In this document: positions 51,201-64,000 of the stretch, one piece after another | How the letters are laid out: every line of letters starts with the position of its first letter | Numbering within the stretch: the stretch's first letter is position 1 | Origin: Scenedesmus sp. PABB004 | Taxonomy: Eukaryota | DNA: 64,000 nucleotides | NCBI GenBank assembly: GCA_014905635.1 | Contig: JABVCE010000005.1 | Location: forward strand, 930,001-994,000 | Direction of reading: 5' to 3' | Notes under the pieces: model-generated | The model's input: the letters and a program-made list of their open reading frames with translations, nothing else | What the model was told of the DNA's origin: nothing | The model's database searches: none | Program-made: the position numbers and the translations under genes

Positions 51201-53037
51201 CCGCGGCGCGCGCGCGGCGCGCGACGCACCCGCCTGCTGCGCGTCGCGCATCTTCTCCAGGATGTCCAGCTGCACGCTCTGCGGTAGCGTGCTCAGCACG
51301 GCGGGGTCGAGCGAGGCGACGTCCGCGGGCAGCAGCAGCTCGCCGGCGCCCTCCTCGTCGTCGCCGTCGCTGCCGTCGCTCGCGCCGCCCAGGCCGAGGC
51401 GGTCAAGGCCCAGCAGCCGCCCGGCCCGCGTCGCCCGCGCCGTCGTCGGGCTCCCAGCCCTCGTCGCCCGCGGCGCGGCGCGCCGCCGCGTCGCGCTTGG
51501 CCGCAATGGCAGCCAGCAGCTGCCGCTGCGCCGCGGCGGCGCCGCCCGCGCTGCCGCGCCGCCGCGCCGGCCGCCGCCGCTGGCGCCGCCCTCGTCGTCG
51601 TCGTCGTCGTCGCTGAGCACGGCGACCGGGCCGCGCCGCGCGCCGCGGCCGCGCCGCTTCTGCACCAGGAGCAGCCCGTCCTCGTCGTCCTCGCCCGGCA
51701 GGCGGAAGTCGGCGTCAAAGCCCCCGCCGCCGCCGCCCGCCCGCCGCCGCCGCGGCAGCCGCGGCAGCTGCGTCGTCGCCGTCGTCGCCGTCGCCCGTCG
51801 CGAGCGCCGTCGCGAGCGCCGCGTCGCCGCCGGCCGCGCGTGCGCCGCCGCCGCGGTTGAGCTCCGCCTGCAGCTGCCGCGCCAGCTCGGCGTCGGCGTC
51901 CACCTGCGCGCCCCGGGGCCCGCCTGGCTGGCCGCCGCCGCAGTCCGTGCCGTCCTCGCCGGCGCCGCCCGGCGGCGCGAGCCCGCGCGCCTGCAGCTGG
52001 CGCAGCAGGTGCGGCGGCAGCCGCCCCGCCGCCGCCACCTGCGCGGCGGGCCGCTTGCCGCGCGGGTCGGCCGCCGCCCGCGGCCGTCGCCGCCGACGCC
52101 TCGAGCGCCGCGGCCAGCGCCACGCGCTCGAGCTCCTCGTCGCCCAGCACCTCTGCCGCAGCGGAGGGGCCCGCGCCGCCGTCGGCCGCGCCGGCGCTCG
52201 CGGCGGCGCTGCTGCCCGCGCGCCCGCCCTGGGCGCGAGCCGCCGCCGCTTGGGCTCGCGGCCCTGCGGCTGCGGCTGCTGCTGCTGCTCCTCCCGAGGC
52301 GCGCCCACGCCGCCCTCGCCCGGCGGCGCCGCCTGCGCCGCCGCCGCCTGCTGCGCCGCCGCCGCCGCCCGCCGCCGCCGCCGCCGCCGCCGCGCTCGCC
52401 CGCCTGGCGCTGCGCCTCGAGCAGCGCGGCGCGCTTGATCTGGTTGACCAGCAGCTTCTCCGCCGCGCGCTTGAGGCTGCTGCCCGCCGCCTCGCGCCGC
52501 GCGCGCCGCGCCGCGGTCGTCGCCTTCTTCAGCGCCGGAGTGGTGCCTTCGAACACAAAGATGGGCTGCACCTTGTGGTACAGCAGCCTACAGGCGCGCG
52601 GGGGGCGCACGGCGGGCGCGCCGGGCTCGCCCGCGTGCCGCGCGCCGCGCGCCGCCTGCTCGTGCGCGGCGCGGCGCGGCGCGTTGCGCGGCCGCGCCTG
52701 CAGATGCGGCGGAAGAAGCCCAGCAGGTGGGCGTTGCGGATCATCTCGCCGCGCTCGTCGCGCATCGCGCGCATGAACTGGAAGAGCCAGATCGACGCGT
52801 CTGCGCCACGCGCGCGCATGCGCGGGGGCGGGCGGCGGCGCGTGAGCAGCAGCGGCCAGCGGGCGCCGCGGCCGCAGCGCGCGCAGCGGCGGCGGGTCGC
52901 GGCGGCGGAGAGCTCCGCCCGCCGTGCGGCGCGCGCCGGGCGCGCGCACCGACGGCCAGGCGCTTGTTGGAGATGGCCTGGATGTCGATGCGCCGCCCGA
53001 CCGGCTCGAGCAGCGTCCACAGGCCGTGCACTCCCAT
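45834..53037 (-). CDS. XPG: XPG/RAD2 (UVH3/ERCC5-like) structure-specific endonuclease; several apparent frameshifts in the spacer
   Basis: N-domain [51 protein letters not shown]-domain [42 protein letters not shown]3[28 protein letters not shown]-like [14 protein letters not shown]-like motifs. The stop is probably the TGA at 45834-45836, which needs a +1 shift; otherwise it is at 45344. Confidence 0.9.
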
Positions 53038-53509
53038 GGCGCCGGCCCCAGCGCCGCGGGCGCGCTGCTGCTGGGGGCGGTGACGTCACTGGTTAGGTGA
53101 CTGGTTACCGCGTGGGCGCAGGCACACCGCTGCCGGCGGCCGCCCGCGCCGCGGCGCGCCGCGGCGCTGCTGCCGCCGCACAGCGCCCGCTGCCGGCGCC
53201 GGCGCGCGGCAGCCAGCCTGGGTGTGGCGTGTTCGTGCGGGGGCGTGGATGGCGGTCGCGAGTTGGCAAGCTCCGCGGGAGGCGGGCGGGCGCGTGACAG
53301 CGGCGGCGACGCGCGCCGCTGCGCGCGGGGCAAATCAGGCAGACTACTCACCTTGCGCACCCAGCAGGAGCAGCGCCCCCGCCTCGCGCGCCGCACCCAG
53401 ACATGTCAGGCGCTGCTACGCACGGCACGCGCCGGCGGCAGGCGCGCATGCGCCACAACCGCCGCCGCCGCTGCTGAGCGCGTGAGGAGCTGCTGCTGAG
53501 CCGTGAGCC

Positions 53510-55761
53510 ATGTTCAGGGCGCGTGTGTTCGGCCCGCCGGACAGCTGGCACTGCGCGCTCGAGTATGGCTGCGGTGCCAGCGCCAGCAGCGGCAGCACCG
53601 GCAGCGGCGCCGGCAGCGGCGGCGCCGCGGAGCGCGCGCGGCAGCGCACGCGCCTGGAGCTCGACTGGACCAGCGCGGAGGCGGAGGGCGTGGTGCTGGA
53701 GCGCCTGGAGCGGCTCGTCGGCGCGCTGCGGCCGGACGAGCGCGTCGAGGTCGAGCTGCTGCCGGACGACGTCGCATCCGCCGCGTGCTTCCCCTCCCAG
53801 GCGCTCCGCGTCACCCTGCGCGTCGCGTCCAGCCCGCCGGTGCTGCGGGGCCTGACCTTCACGCACACCAGCGGCTCCGGCGGCGCGCCCGACGCGCTGC
53901 TCGCGGGGCTGCTCCAGGTGCGCAGCGCCCCGCCGGGGCGGTTGGCCGCCGGTTGGCGGCGGTTGCGGCGGCGCACCGCGACTCCGCGCGCCGCGCCGCG
54001 CCGCGCCGCCCCGCGCAGCGCCTGGACCTGTCGACGGTCACCAGCCTGCGCGGCTGCGAGGGCGCGGGGCTCGTCTGGGCGACCTGCGCCGAGCCCGCCG
54101 CCTGGCACTGCCTGCGGTCGCTCAACCTCTCGGGCTGCGGCCTGGCGGCGCTGCCCGGCGCGGTGGGCGAGCTGGCGAGTTTGCGCTCGCTGCGCGCCAA
54201 CTCCAACCGCCTCACGGCGCTGCCGCCGGAACTGGGTCTGCTGAGCGACCTCGAGGTGTTCTCCGCCAACCACAACAGCATCGCGCAGCTGCCCGGTGCG
54301 GCGGCCGGCCCCGGCAGCGGCGTGGCACGGCGCGGCGCGGCCGCGCGCGCGCTGACCGCGGCCGCGCGCGCGGCGCCTGGCGCAGGCGAGCTGCGGCGCT
54401 GCACGGCGCTCAGGGAGCTGCACCTGGAGCACAACCGCCTGGTCGTCCCGCTGCTGGACTTTGGCCGCGCCGGCCAGCTCGCGTCGCTGCAGGTGCTGCG
54501 CCCGCTGCGCCGCGGCCCAGCCCCGCCGCCTGCGCCGCGGCCCAGCCCCGCCCCGCCGCCGGCGCCGCGCTGAGCGCGCCCGCCCCGCCCCGCCCGCGCC
54601 GCAGCTGTTCGGCAACCCCCTGGAGAGCCTGCCCGAGCTGGCGCCCGCGACGGCGCTGCGCAGCCTGTCAATCGCCAACGTGCGCATCATGGCTGACCAC
54701 GCCTTCACGCGGTGAGCGCGCGCGCTGCGCTGCACCACACGCCGCAGTGCGCCGGCACTCGGCGGCGGGCGCGACGGCGGCCGCGGTGGCGGCGCGCGGC
54801 GCACCCACCGCCGGGCGCGGCGCGGCGCGCAGGTGGGAGGTGGAGGTGTCGCCGCCTGCGGCGTCGTACACCAGCATGGTCATCGGCCGCGGCGGGCATA
54901 AGCTTGCGCCGCTATTTGCGCTGCTTTTCCGGCGCAGCGAGTCGCTGCAGCACCCGCTGGTCGCGGGCGCGCTGAGTGAGCGGCCGCGCCGCGCCGCGCG
55001 GCGCGGGGCCGGGCGCGGCGCGGCGGCCGCCTGAGCGCCGCGCCTCGCCGCCGCGCAGGCCGGCTGGTGGAGGACCGGGGCAATCTCGAGGCGTTGGTTC
55101 GGGAGGAGGTGGGGCTGCAGCAGCTCGTGCTCGCGGCGATGGGCGGCGAGGCGCTGGTCGTCGCGCAGGCGGTCAAGGTGCGACGGCGGGGTGGTGGTGC
55201 ACGCATGCCACACGAACCCCCGCCCCGTCCCCGCCGCGGCCCCGCGCCGGCGCGCGCGCTCACGGCGGCGCGCCCGCCGGTCGCGCCAGGTGCTGGCGGC
55301 CGCGGGCAGCTACGCGGGAGCGGCGCGGCGCCTGGTGCGGCACAATGTGGTGCAGGCGATCACCTACCTTGTCGCGTCGAGCGACGTGGTGCGAGCGATG
55401 GCGCCGCCGCGCCGCCCGGCGCCCGCAGCCAGCTGCGCGGCGCGCGCGACCCCGGAGCTCGCCCGCCCGCCCGCCCGCCCGCCCGCTGCGACGCCCTCGC
55501 CGCCGCGCGCCGCCTGCACGCGGCGCGCAGTCGCTGCAGCTGTCGGGCCTGCGCGTGCTGTCGTCGCTCGCGGCGGGCGCGGCGGAGGGCGAAATCGCCG
55601 GCGAGGTGCTCGTGCCCACACAGCTGCTTGACCGGCTGCTGCAGCTCAGCCGCGACGACGCCACGCACCAGGAGGTGGGCTACCGTCCCTCCCTGCCCCT
55701 GCGGTCGGCGCCGCCGCGCTCGCAGGCCGGCTGACGTGCGGCTGCCGCCGCCGCCGCCGCC

Positions 55762-55801
<40 letters not shown>

Positions 55802-58800
55802 AGGTGCGCTGCGCGGCCCTGCACGCGCTGGGAAACAGTGCGTTTGACGCCGGCACGCGGCGGCGCTACCTGCAATCCCCCGGGCTCATGAAGCTCCTGG
55901 TGCGCCTTGCGGCCGCGCCAGACGCGGCGGACGCCGGCGCGCCGGCAGAGGAGCAGCCTGCGGCGGCACGCGGCTCGCCCGGCGGCGGCAGCCCGCCGCT
56001 CCGGCCCCGTGGCAGCGCGCCCGGCAGCCCTGCCGCGCTCACGATGGCGCGGGACGGCGACGACGGCGCCGGCGGTGGTGGCAGCAGCGCCGGCGCCGGC
56101 AGCAGGGAGGGCTCGGCCAGCCCCGCGCTCTGCGGCGCCGCGGACGCCGATGGCGGCACCACCACGGCGTGCAGCGCCGCGGCCGCCGGGCTGACGGCAG
56201 TGGTGGAGGTTGCCGACGCAGCCAAGACGCTGGCGGTGGCGGTGACGGCAGCCGCGAGCGGCGGCGGCGGCAGCAGCGACGGCGGCGGCGGCGCCCAGCC
56301 GGCCGCGAAGCTGCCGCCCGACGCCGCGCTTGCGGCGGCGGCAGGCGCCGCGGCGGCCGCAGCGCACCCGGCGGCGCCGGGCGGCAGCAGCAGCGGCGGC
56401 GGCGGCACCGCGGGGCGGCGCAGGAGCGAGGCCGCGGGCGCCGTGTTCCCGCAGCGCCGCCGGCTGGTGCGCATCAACGACCCGGTGAAGCTGCAGGCCG
56501 TCCGGCTGCTGGCGGTGCTGGGCCAGAACGAGCAGGTCCGCATCGCGCTCGGCGGGCCGCCGCTGCGCGGCCGCGGCCTGCGCGTGCTGGCGATGGACGG
56601 CGGCGGCATGAAGGTGCGGCGCGCGCCCCGCGCGGTCGGCCTCGCGCGCCGGCCGGGCAGCGTCTCCGGCCCTGCCGCCGACGCGCCGCCGCTGGCGCCG
56701 CCGCCGGCGCCGCCGCCGCGCCGCCGCAGGGCCAGGCGATGGTCGAGCTGCTGCGCCAGCTCGAGCGGCGCGCCGGCGGCGCGCCGGTGTGGAGCCTGTT
56801 TGATGTGATCTGTGGGACCTCCACCGGCGGCCTGCTCGCCGTCGCGCTGGGCGTGCTGCGCCTGAGCCTGGACGAGGCGCTGGGCATCTACCACCGCCTG
56901 GGACAAAAGGTGTGCTGTTTTTCTTATTGTGGCAGCAGCGCAGGCGCAGGCGCTGCCCTGGCGTCAGCCAGCGCGAGCCGGCACAAGCACTGCGTGCACT
57001 GGGGGCGCCCAGCGGCGGCGGCGGCGGCGGCGGCGTGTGCTGCGCGCTCACCCGCGCCTGCGCGCCCGCGCCGCCGCCCCGCCAGGTCTTCCACCAGAGC
57101 ACGTCGCTGCAGGAGGACGGCGGCTGGCGCGACAGCCTGACGCGCCTCTACGCGCAGTCGAGCGCCAACATGCGCGTTCTGGTCGCCGGCGCCAAGCACG
57201 ACGCCGGGGTGCGCGCGCGCGGCATGACGGGCGGGCGCTTAGGGTTAAGGTCGCCGCGGCCCGTCGGCGGCGCCGACGCGCCGCCCGCTGCCCCCCCCCC
57301 CCCGCCCCTGAGCAGCCGTACGAGGAGCTGCTGCGCCAGTTCTGCGCCGTCACGCAGCTCGGCTGCGCGTCGGACCGCCTGATCGACACCGCAGTCCTGG
57401 GAGGGCCCAAAGTGTTCGTGCTCGCCACGCTCGCGTCGGCCCGCCCCGCGGCGCCCTTCGCGTTCCGAAACTACGAGCTGCCGTCCGACGACGGCGGCGG
57501 CGGCGATGCGCTCGCTGCGTGCGCCGGGAGCTGCAAGCACCACGTCTGGGAGGTGCGCCGCTGCGGCGCGGGCACGCCGCGCCGCGCCGCGCCGCGCCGC
57601 GCCGCGCCGCGCCCGCCCGCCCGCCGCCGTCGCCGCTGCGCCCGCCCGCGCCGGCGCGCCGCGCCTCTTAAGGGTTAAGGGTTTAGGGTTTTCCTAAACC
57701 GCACGCCTGCTCGCGCCGGCGCGCCCGCCAGGCCGTGCGTGCGTCGTCGGCTGCGCCGTACTACTTTGACGACTGGATCAGCGACGGCCGGCGCTTCCAG
57801 GACGGCGCCGCGACGGCCAACAACCCCGCCGCGATCGCGCTGCAGCAGGCGCGGTGCGTCGCCCCGGGCCGCAGCCGCCGCCGCGCGCTGGGCCGCCGCC
57901 GCGCGCTCGCGGCTCGCCCGCGCGCCCCGACGCACTCCCCTCCCTCCCTCCAGACTGCTGTACCCCCAGGCGCCGATCGACGCGCTCGTGTCGCTGGGCT
58001 GCGGCGCGGAGCCGCGCGGCGAGCGGGGCAAGGGCCTCAGCACGGTGCTCGACACCGGCAGCGTGCTGCTCGAGTCCGCCTGCAGCGTCGACCGCGTTCA
58101 CGAGGCGCTCGCGGCGACGCTGCCGCTCGTGCCGGGCTGCCGCTACTTCCGGTGCGTGGGCGCGCGACCAGCGCGCGATTCGCGTGACGTGCTCCGCACG
58201 ACCCCGCGCCGCGGCGACGGCTGGGCGCCGCCGAGCTGAGCCCCGCCCCGCGCCGCCCGCCCGTGCCCGCGCGGCGGCGCAGGTTCAACGCCGTGGACGC
58301 GCGCTGCGCGATGGAGCTGGACGACATTTCGCCCGACTCCTGGCGCCGCCTGCTCCAGGCGACGACCGAGTATGCGAGCCAGCCCGCCGTGGCAGCGCAG
58401 TTCGACGAGCTCGCCGCGCTGCTCACCGCGCCCGCGCGCGAGCGCGGGCGCGGATCGGGCGGCGCCGGCGCGCCCGCGGGCGCGGCGCGGCCGCCGCCCT
58501 CGCCGCGCGGCGCCGGCGGCCCCGGCGGCACCGGCGGCGGCGCGCACTGGCAGCGCTGGCGGCGCCAGCAGGCGGCGGCGGAGGCGGCGGCGGCGGCGGC
58601 CGGCGGGCGCAGGGGCCAGGCCGCCCCTGGCAGCCCGGCAGCCTGCCCACCCGCCGGCGATGCGGCCGGCCCCCGCAGCCAGGGCGCAGCAGCCGCGCCG
58701 CGGCTGCTCTACCAGCGGGGTGTGCTGCTGGCGCACGCGTCGAGGCGCGTCGCGGCCACCGCCGCGGCGACGGCGGCCGGCCCCTGCGCCGCCGTCGCGG

Positions 58801-59038
58801 CGCGCCAGCAGCAGCAGGAGCACGTCGCAGCGCTGCTGGCGGGGGCGCTGCCGCAGCAGCTGCTGCAGGTGTGCGACCTGTCAGCGCCCGGCGCCAGGGG
58901 CGAGCAGCAGGCGCGCGGCGGCGCACCCGAGCCGGCGTCGCCGCAGCGCCGGCTGGGCACGGGGGCGGGAGGGTCTAGCGGCCAGCTGCAGCAACTGACA
59001 GCTGGCAGCCCGCGCCTGCAGCCCTCGCCCGCGCAGGC

Positions 59039-59096
<58 letters not shown>

Positions 59097-60330
59097 GGTG
59101 CGCAGGCGCCCGGGGGCGGCTCGGCGGCAGCCAGCCCCAAGGCGGGCGGCTCGTCCTGGATGGATTACCTGTGGCCGAGCGGCAGCGGCGCGGCAGACGC
59201 GGCAGCAGTGGCAGCGGCGGCAGCGGCGCCAGGCGCGCACGGGGACGGCGCGCCGCGCGGCGCAGCGGGCGGCAGCGACGCCGGCGGCGGCGGCGGCGCC
59301 TCGCTCGCACCGGTGCACACGGGGCGGCCCGGCTCCGCCGGCCGGGCGGCCGGCGCACTCGGCGCGGGCGCGTCGCCGCCGGCGGGGGCGCGCCCCGGCC
59401 TGCCGCGCTCGCCACTCAAGCGCATGGCGGCGGCCGCCGCCGCCGCCGCGGCGACTGGGGCGGACGCGGGGCCCCTGGTCAGCATTGACTGGCCCGGCAG
59501 CAGCTGCGCCCCGCCGCAGCAGAGCCCGCCGGCCTGCGGCGACGGCGGTCCAGCAGTGCGCGCCGGGCCCGCCCCTGCGCCCGCCGCCGCGCTGCGTGCA
59601 GCGCTGTCGGGCGGCGCCGGGCGCGCGGGCGTGCTGCACCTGGCGCTGCAGCCCACCGACGCCGGCCTGGTGGGCGGCTGGTCCCAGGAAGTCGCGGCGG
59701 TCGCGGAGCCAGGTGCGGCACAGAGGGCGCGCGCCAGGCGCCTCGGGCTGCGCTGCGCGCGCTCTGCAACCCCTGCCCGCCGCGCCGCGCGCAGGCGCCG
59801 GCGCGTGCGAGCTCCTCGCGTTCCTCGGCGCGGAGCCAGGGGCCAGCCTTGCGGCGCTCGTCGCCGCGCACGGGCCGCTGCTGCCCGCGCCCGACGGCGG
59901 GCTGCTGGCGGTGCTGGGCTCGCACGCCGTGCTGGCGCCGCCAGAGCTGAGCCGCAGCGGCGGCGGCGACGGGGGCAGTCCCTTCATCACGAGCTGGCTG
60001 CTGCAGCTCGTTCTGCCGGACCCGGGCCGCGTGCTGGGCGCGGGCGAGCTGTGCGGCCTGCTCGGCCAGCTGCAGCAGGTGCTCGTCGTCTGCAGCGCGT
60101 GGATGCCGCCGGGGCTCGCGCACGTGCTGCTCGCCGGCGGCGCGGCGGCGGTCGTCGCGGGCGCCGAGCCGGACGCCGTGGCGGCGCTCGACGCCGCGGC
60201 CATCGCGCGCTTCTTCGCTGCCTTCTATGACGCGCTGCTTGGAGGCGGGCTGGACGTGCTGCAGGCCCTGGCCGCGGGCGGCGCGGTGGTGCCCGAGGCG
60301 CGCGGCGCGTTCGAGTGCTGGCAGCTGTGA
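53510..60330 (+). CDS. Patatin-like phospholipase with N-terminal LRRs and ARM repeats (plant pPLAI / iPLA2-gamma-like)
   Basis: LRRs (LRSLNLSGCGLAALP, LRANSNRLTALPPELG), LRVLAMDGGGMKG, FDVICGTSTGG, PFAFRNY, WEAVRASSAAPYYFDD, FQDGAATANNP, LVSLGCG, LLESACSVDRV and YFRFNAVDARCAMELD. Confidence 0.9.
57668..57700 (+). repeat. Interstitial telomere-like tract in an intron
   Basis: ttaaggg ttaaggg tttaggg ttttcctaaacc, within the phospholipase intron ~57553-57731. Confidence 0.7.
59040..59093 (+). repeat. (CAG)18 encoding polyQ in the phospholipase
   Basis: Direct read. Confidence 0.9.
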
Positions 60331-60954
60331 CGGGCGGGGATTGCGTGCGCAGCGTGTTGTGGAGCGGAGGGGCCATTGCGCGAGAGGTGTGCCGGTGTTT
60401 GATTGATCGTTGTGGGAGCGACAGCGCTGCGTCCGCAGCGGGCAGCGCTCAGGCGCGCTGGCTCCAGCGGCCTCGTCCAGGCCTGCAAGGTTGAGTGGAG
60501 CTCAGGCCGCCGCCGCTGCCCGCTGCCCGCGCCGCGTGCTGCGCGCGGCGGCGGTCCAGGGCTCAGCGCGCCGCGCCCACGCCGCTCGGCCCCCCTGGCG
60601 CCCCCGCTTCCCGTCTCCCACACCGCGCCAGCACGCGGCCGCCACGCTCTGCTCCGCGCGCGCCGCCACGGCCGCGCAGCAGCAGACGAGCGCGCCCTGC
60701 CGCGCCGTGCCGTCGCCGACCGTCCAGGCGCGCCGTGAGCTAGGTTTCGGCGCCCCTACACTCTCACCCGCGCGCTCGAGGCGCCTGCGGCGTGCCGCGC
60801 GCAGCAGCTTAGCGCGCCGGGGCCGCAGGTGCCCACGTGCGCGTCGCCGCCACGCTGCGGCCGCCTCCCGCCCGCTGCTCGCCGATCCGGCCGCGCCCGA
60901 CGCCTGGGCGCCGACCGCACCACACGCATCAGGGCGGGCGCGCGTCGGGCAGCC

Positions 60955-63900
60955 ATGGCCAGCAGCAGCGCCGCCGCAGCAGCGGCTGCGCCAGCGACAG
61001 CGACCGCGCCGCCCTCGCCCAAGGCGGCGCGCGGCGCCGCCGGCGACGGCTGGCCGCAGGACGATGAGGTCACGCGGCAGGTGCTGTCGCGGCTGCCGAG
61101 CGCGCGCGACGCGCTGCAGGCGGAGCTGGTATGCGCGCCGTGGCGCACCGCGCGGGCGCCGCTGCCGCTTTTCCAGCTCCGCGGCCCCGTCAGCGAGTAC
61201 TTGCCCGCCTGGCACAACCTGCGGCACGGCGTCGGCCTGGACCGGCTCACGGCGCTGGAGCTGGTCTGCTCCGCCAGTGAGGCCGTGGCTGGCGTGCTCG
61301 GCGTGCTCGCAGCGAGCGCGCCGCTGCTCACGTCGCTCAAGATGACGGGCCAGGCCTACGGGTACAACTTTGTGCCCGTCGCCGTGTGGACGCTGCCGCA
61401 GCTCAAGCGCCTGGCGCTGAACAGCGTTGCCGTGGCGCCGCCGGCGGCCGCGGACGCGGCGGCCGTGGCGGCAAAGGCGCGGCTGGAGGCGCTGGAGCTG
61501 GTCTCGCCGTGCTGGGGCCGAGATCTTGTGGACCTGGCGTGGGTGTCACGCCTGACCGCCCTGGTGTCCCTGCGGGTCGACAGCTGCAACGAGGTCGCCA
61601 AGCTGCCCGACCTGGCGCCCTGCAGCCTGCTGACGGAGCTGGCGCTGACGGTGCGCGCTGCGCGCACGCGCACGCGCGGAGGCCAGGGGCGGGCGGCCAG
61701 CGGCGGGCGGCGGGGCCACGGCTGGCGCGCGCAGTCGCCGACCGTTTCTGTCCGCCTGCCCGCCCGGCTGCCTCCACCAGAACTGCCCCCGACTGGAGGC
61801 CACGCCGGCGGGCATCGAGCAGCTGACGAGGCTGGCGGCGCTGTCGCTGGACCTGTGCAGACGCCACAACGCTCTGGTCATGTTCAGCGCCCACTTGGAG
61901 CGCACGTCGCGCCGCATGCCCAGCGTGGGCATGCTCGCCGCGCTCACGCGGCTGGAGCTGCAGACGCACCAGGACGGTGAGCGGGCCACGCAGGCGGCGG
62001 GCGGTGAGCGGCAGCCAGCCAGCCACGCGCACGCGCCGACCGCCCCTGCCCGCCCTGCCCGCCCTGCCCGGCTGCCTGCCCCAGAGCTGCCCGCGGACGC
62101 CGACTGGGGCTGCGCCGCCCTGCGCGAGCTGACTCTGAACGCGCCCAGGCTGCGCGAGCTGCCCGAGGGCATGCTGGAGCGGCTGGCCAAGCTGCGCAGC
62201 CTGCAGCTGATCGAGTGCGGCCAGCTGCAGGGCCTGCCTGAAAGCCTGGGCGCCTGCACCGCGCTGGAGCGGCTGGACCTGCACTTTGCAAGTTATGGCT
62301 ACCGCCCCGCCGGCTTCCGGGGCCTGCCGTCCAGCGTCACGCGCCTCGGCGCGCTCCAAGAGCTCAGCGTGCGCGGCGGCACCGGCCCCGCGCTGCTGCC
62401 GGCCGACTTTGGCGCCGCCGGCGGGCTGGGCGCGCTCACGCGCCTGGCCGTGGAGGGCAGCGGGGTGGTGTCCCTCCCGGCGGACCTGTCGGGGCTGGTG
62501 TCGCTTCGGAGTCTCGTCGTGAAGGAGTGCAGAGCCCTTGCCCACGCGGCGGGGCTGTCCACGCTCACCGCCGTCACAGAGCTGTACATCCACGAGTCCT
62601 CCCAGCTCCGCTCCCAAGTCGACACGCGCGCGATGGCAGACCTGCAGCTGCTCACCATCAGCAACTCGCCAAATCTGCCGGCGCTGCCGCCGGGCGCGCT
62701 GGCGGGCAAGCCCCAGCTGTCGTCTGTCTTCGTCCAGGCCGCCGGCGCCTGCCTGGACAGCCTGGGGGCCGACGCTTGGAGCGCGGGCGGCGCGCTCACC
62801 AGCCTGTGAGCGCGCGACCAGGCGGGGCGCGCGCTCCATGCCCCGCACGCGCCTGCCGGGGTGGGCGCGGCGGCGCTGCTCGCTCCCTCACGGTCGCCGC
62901 TGCTGCCGCCGCCGCCGTCACTCCAGGTACCTGCACGGCGGCAACGCCCCCGAACACTACTGGCTTTACCGTGTGCAGGGGCGGCCGACCAAGCTGGCCC
63001 AGCTGCCGGCGGCCGCGGCGCCGCTCACGGCGCTGGTGTCGCTGGAGCTGTGCGCGTTCAGCGGCCTGCAGTCCCTGGACGGCCTGGGGCTCGGGCCACA
63101 CTGCGGCGCGCTCACGTCGATTGCCATCAGGGTGCGGCGCTCGCGGGCTGGCGCCGGGCGGAGCAGCCCGCCTCCGCCCCTTGGCTGCGTTGCGCGGGCC
63201 GCCTGCCGCCCGCGCCCACTGCGCCCGACGCACCCGCTGCGCTGTGCTGCCCTCCCGCAGAACTGCCAGGCGCTCACGCACCTGCCGGCGGGCGTCGGCC
63301 AGCTGCCGCGCCTGGTCAGCCTGGTCGTGGACAGCTGCGCCATCAACGGGCTGCCCGACCTCCACCAGCTCGGCGCGCTCACGCTCCTGGAGCTCTCCAA
63401 CTGCCAGAAGATTGAGGCACTGCCCCACCTCGGCGGCGGCTTCTGCGACGGCCTCACCGCGCTGCGCGAGCTCACCATCGACGACTGCCGCCGGCTGCGC
63501 ACCATCTCGGGTCTCGGCGCCGCGACAGCGCTGCGCGTCCTCAAGCTCTCCCGCCTGACCAAGCTGCAGGGCGTGTACGGCAACTGCGACCAGGTGCCAT
63601 GCGTGTCCTTGGAGCTGACCAAGCGCGTCCTGGTGCTGCCCAACGCCCTGCGCGCGCTCCTGCCCCAGACAGAGCGCTGGGCGGAGTGCGTCGAGATGGA
63701 GGAGCCCCCAGCCAGCGAGGCGCCCGCGCCACCGCCGTCGGAGCCCGTGCCTGACGTGGACGATGAGGACGTGCCGGGGCGCGGCCCCACGCGTGAGCGG
63801 CGGCGGGGGCCGGCGGCTCGCGAGCGCCGGCGCGGCGGCGGCGGCGGCGGCGCTCGCAGCGCTGAGAGCTAGCGGCTCCGCGGCCGCCCGCCGGGCCGCG

Positions 63901-64000
63901 CTGCCGCCCACTGACCCGGCTGCGGCCGCGCGCGGCGCCGCGCAGGGCGTGCGTACCCGCTGAAGGTGCTGCGCCGCAAGGACGACGCTGACGAGCTGAG
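60955..64000 (+). CDS. F-box-like / leucine-rich-repeat protein; 3' end continues beyond the window
   Basis: F-box-like WPQDDEVTRQVLSRLPSARDALQAELVCAPWR, followed by many LRRs (LRSLQLIECGQLQGLPESLG, LELSNCQKIEALP). The last exon, from 63946, is open to the end of the window. Confidence 0.75.

Noticed and set aside
53080..53110. gtgacgtcac palindrome and twin actggtta in the XPG/phospholipase divergent promoter
   Set aside because: It is a plausible bZIP site, but too short to support without conservation data.

Overview
Nuclear genomic DNA of an extremely GC-rich green alga (Chlorophyta; a Sphaeropleales/Selenastraceae-like genome is inferred from the GC content, short GC-rich introns, TGTAA poly(A) signals and a chlorophycean-type LHCA5). 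Most long ORFs in the six-frame track are GC artefacts; the real genes are intron-rich. In order they are: the 3' end of a DDT/WHIM-type chromatin protein, a two-RRM hnRNP A1/Musashi-like protein, a U2 snRNA gene, a secreted Cys-rich repeat protein, oligoribonuclease, Rab escort protein, 2-oxoglutarate dehydrogenase E1 (with an EF-hand-like insert), an XRI1-like protein, a TORTIFOLIA1/SPIRAL2-like protein, MCM6, LHCA5, a BTB-(BACK)-MATH-like protein, an unknown protein, cyclin B, XPG/RAD2, an LRR-ARM-patatin phospholipase and an F-box/LRR protein that runs off the end. The stand-out feature is a ~1.9 kb stretch (5990-7872) with no recognisable gene, lying between the RRM gene's poly(A) signal and U2. 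It holds about ten tandem, mutually unrelated fold-back hairpins (best stems 26-43 bp) and is a candidate polycistronic miRNA/siRNA precursor array. Also notable: at least 13 GC-AG introns, telomere-like inserts in introns, a U2 with variant Sm and loop IV motifs, and a cluster of frameshifts in XPG.
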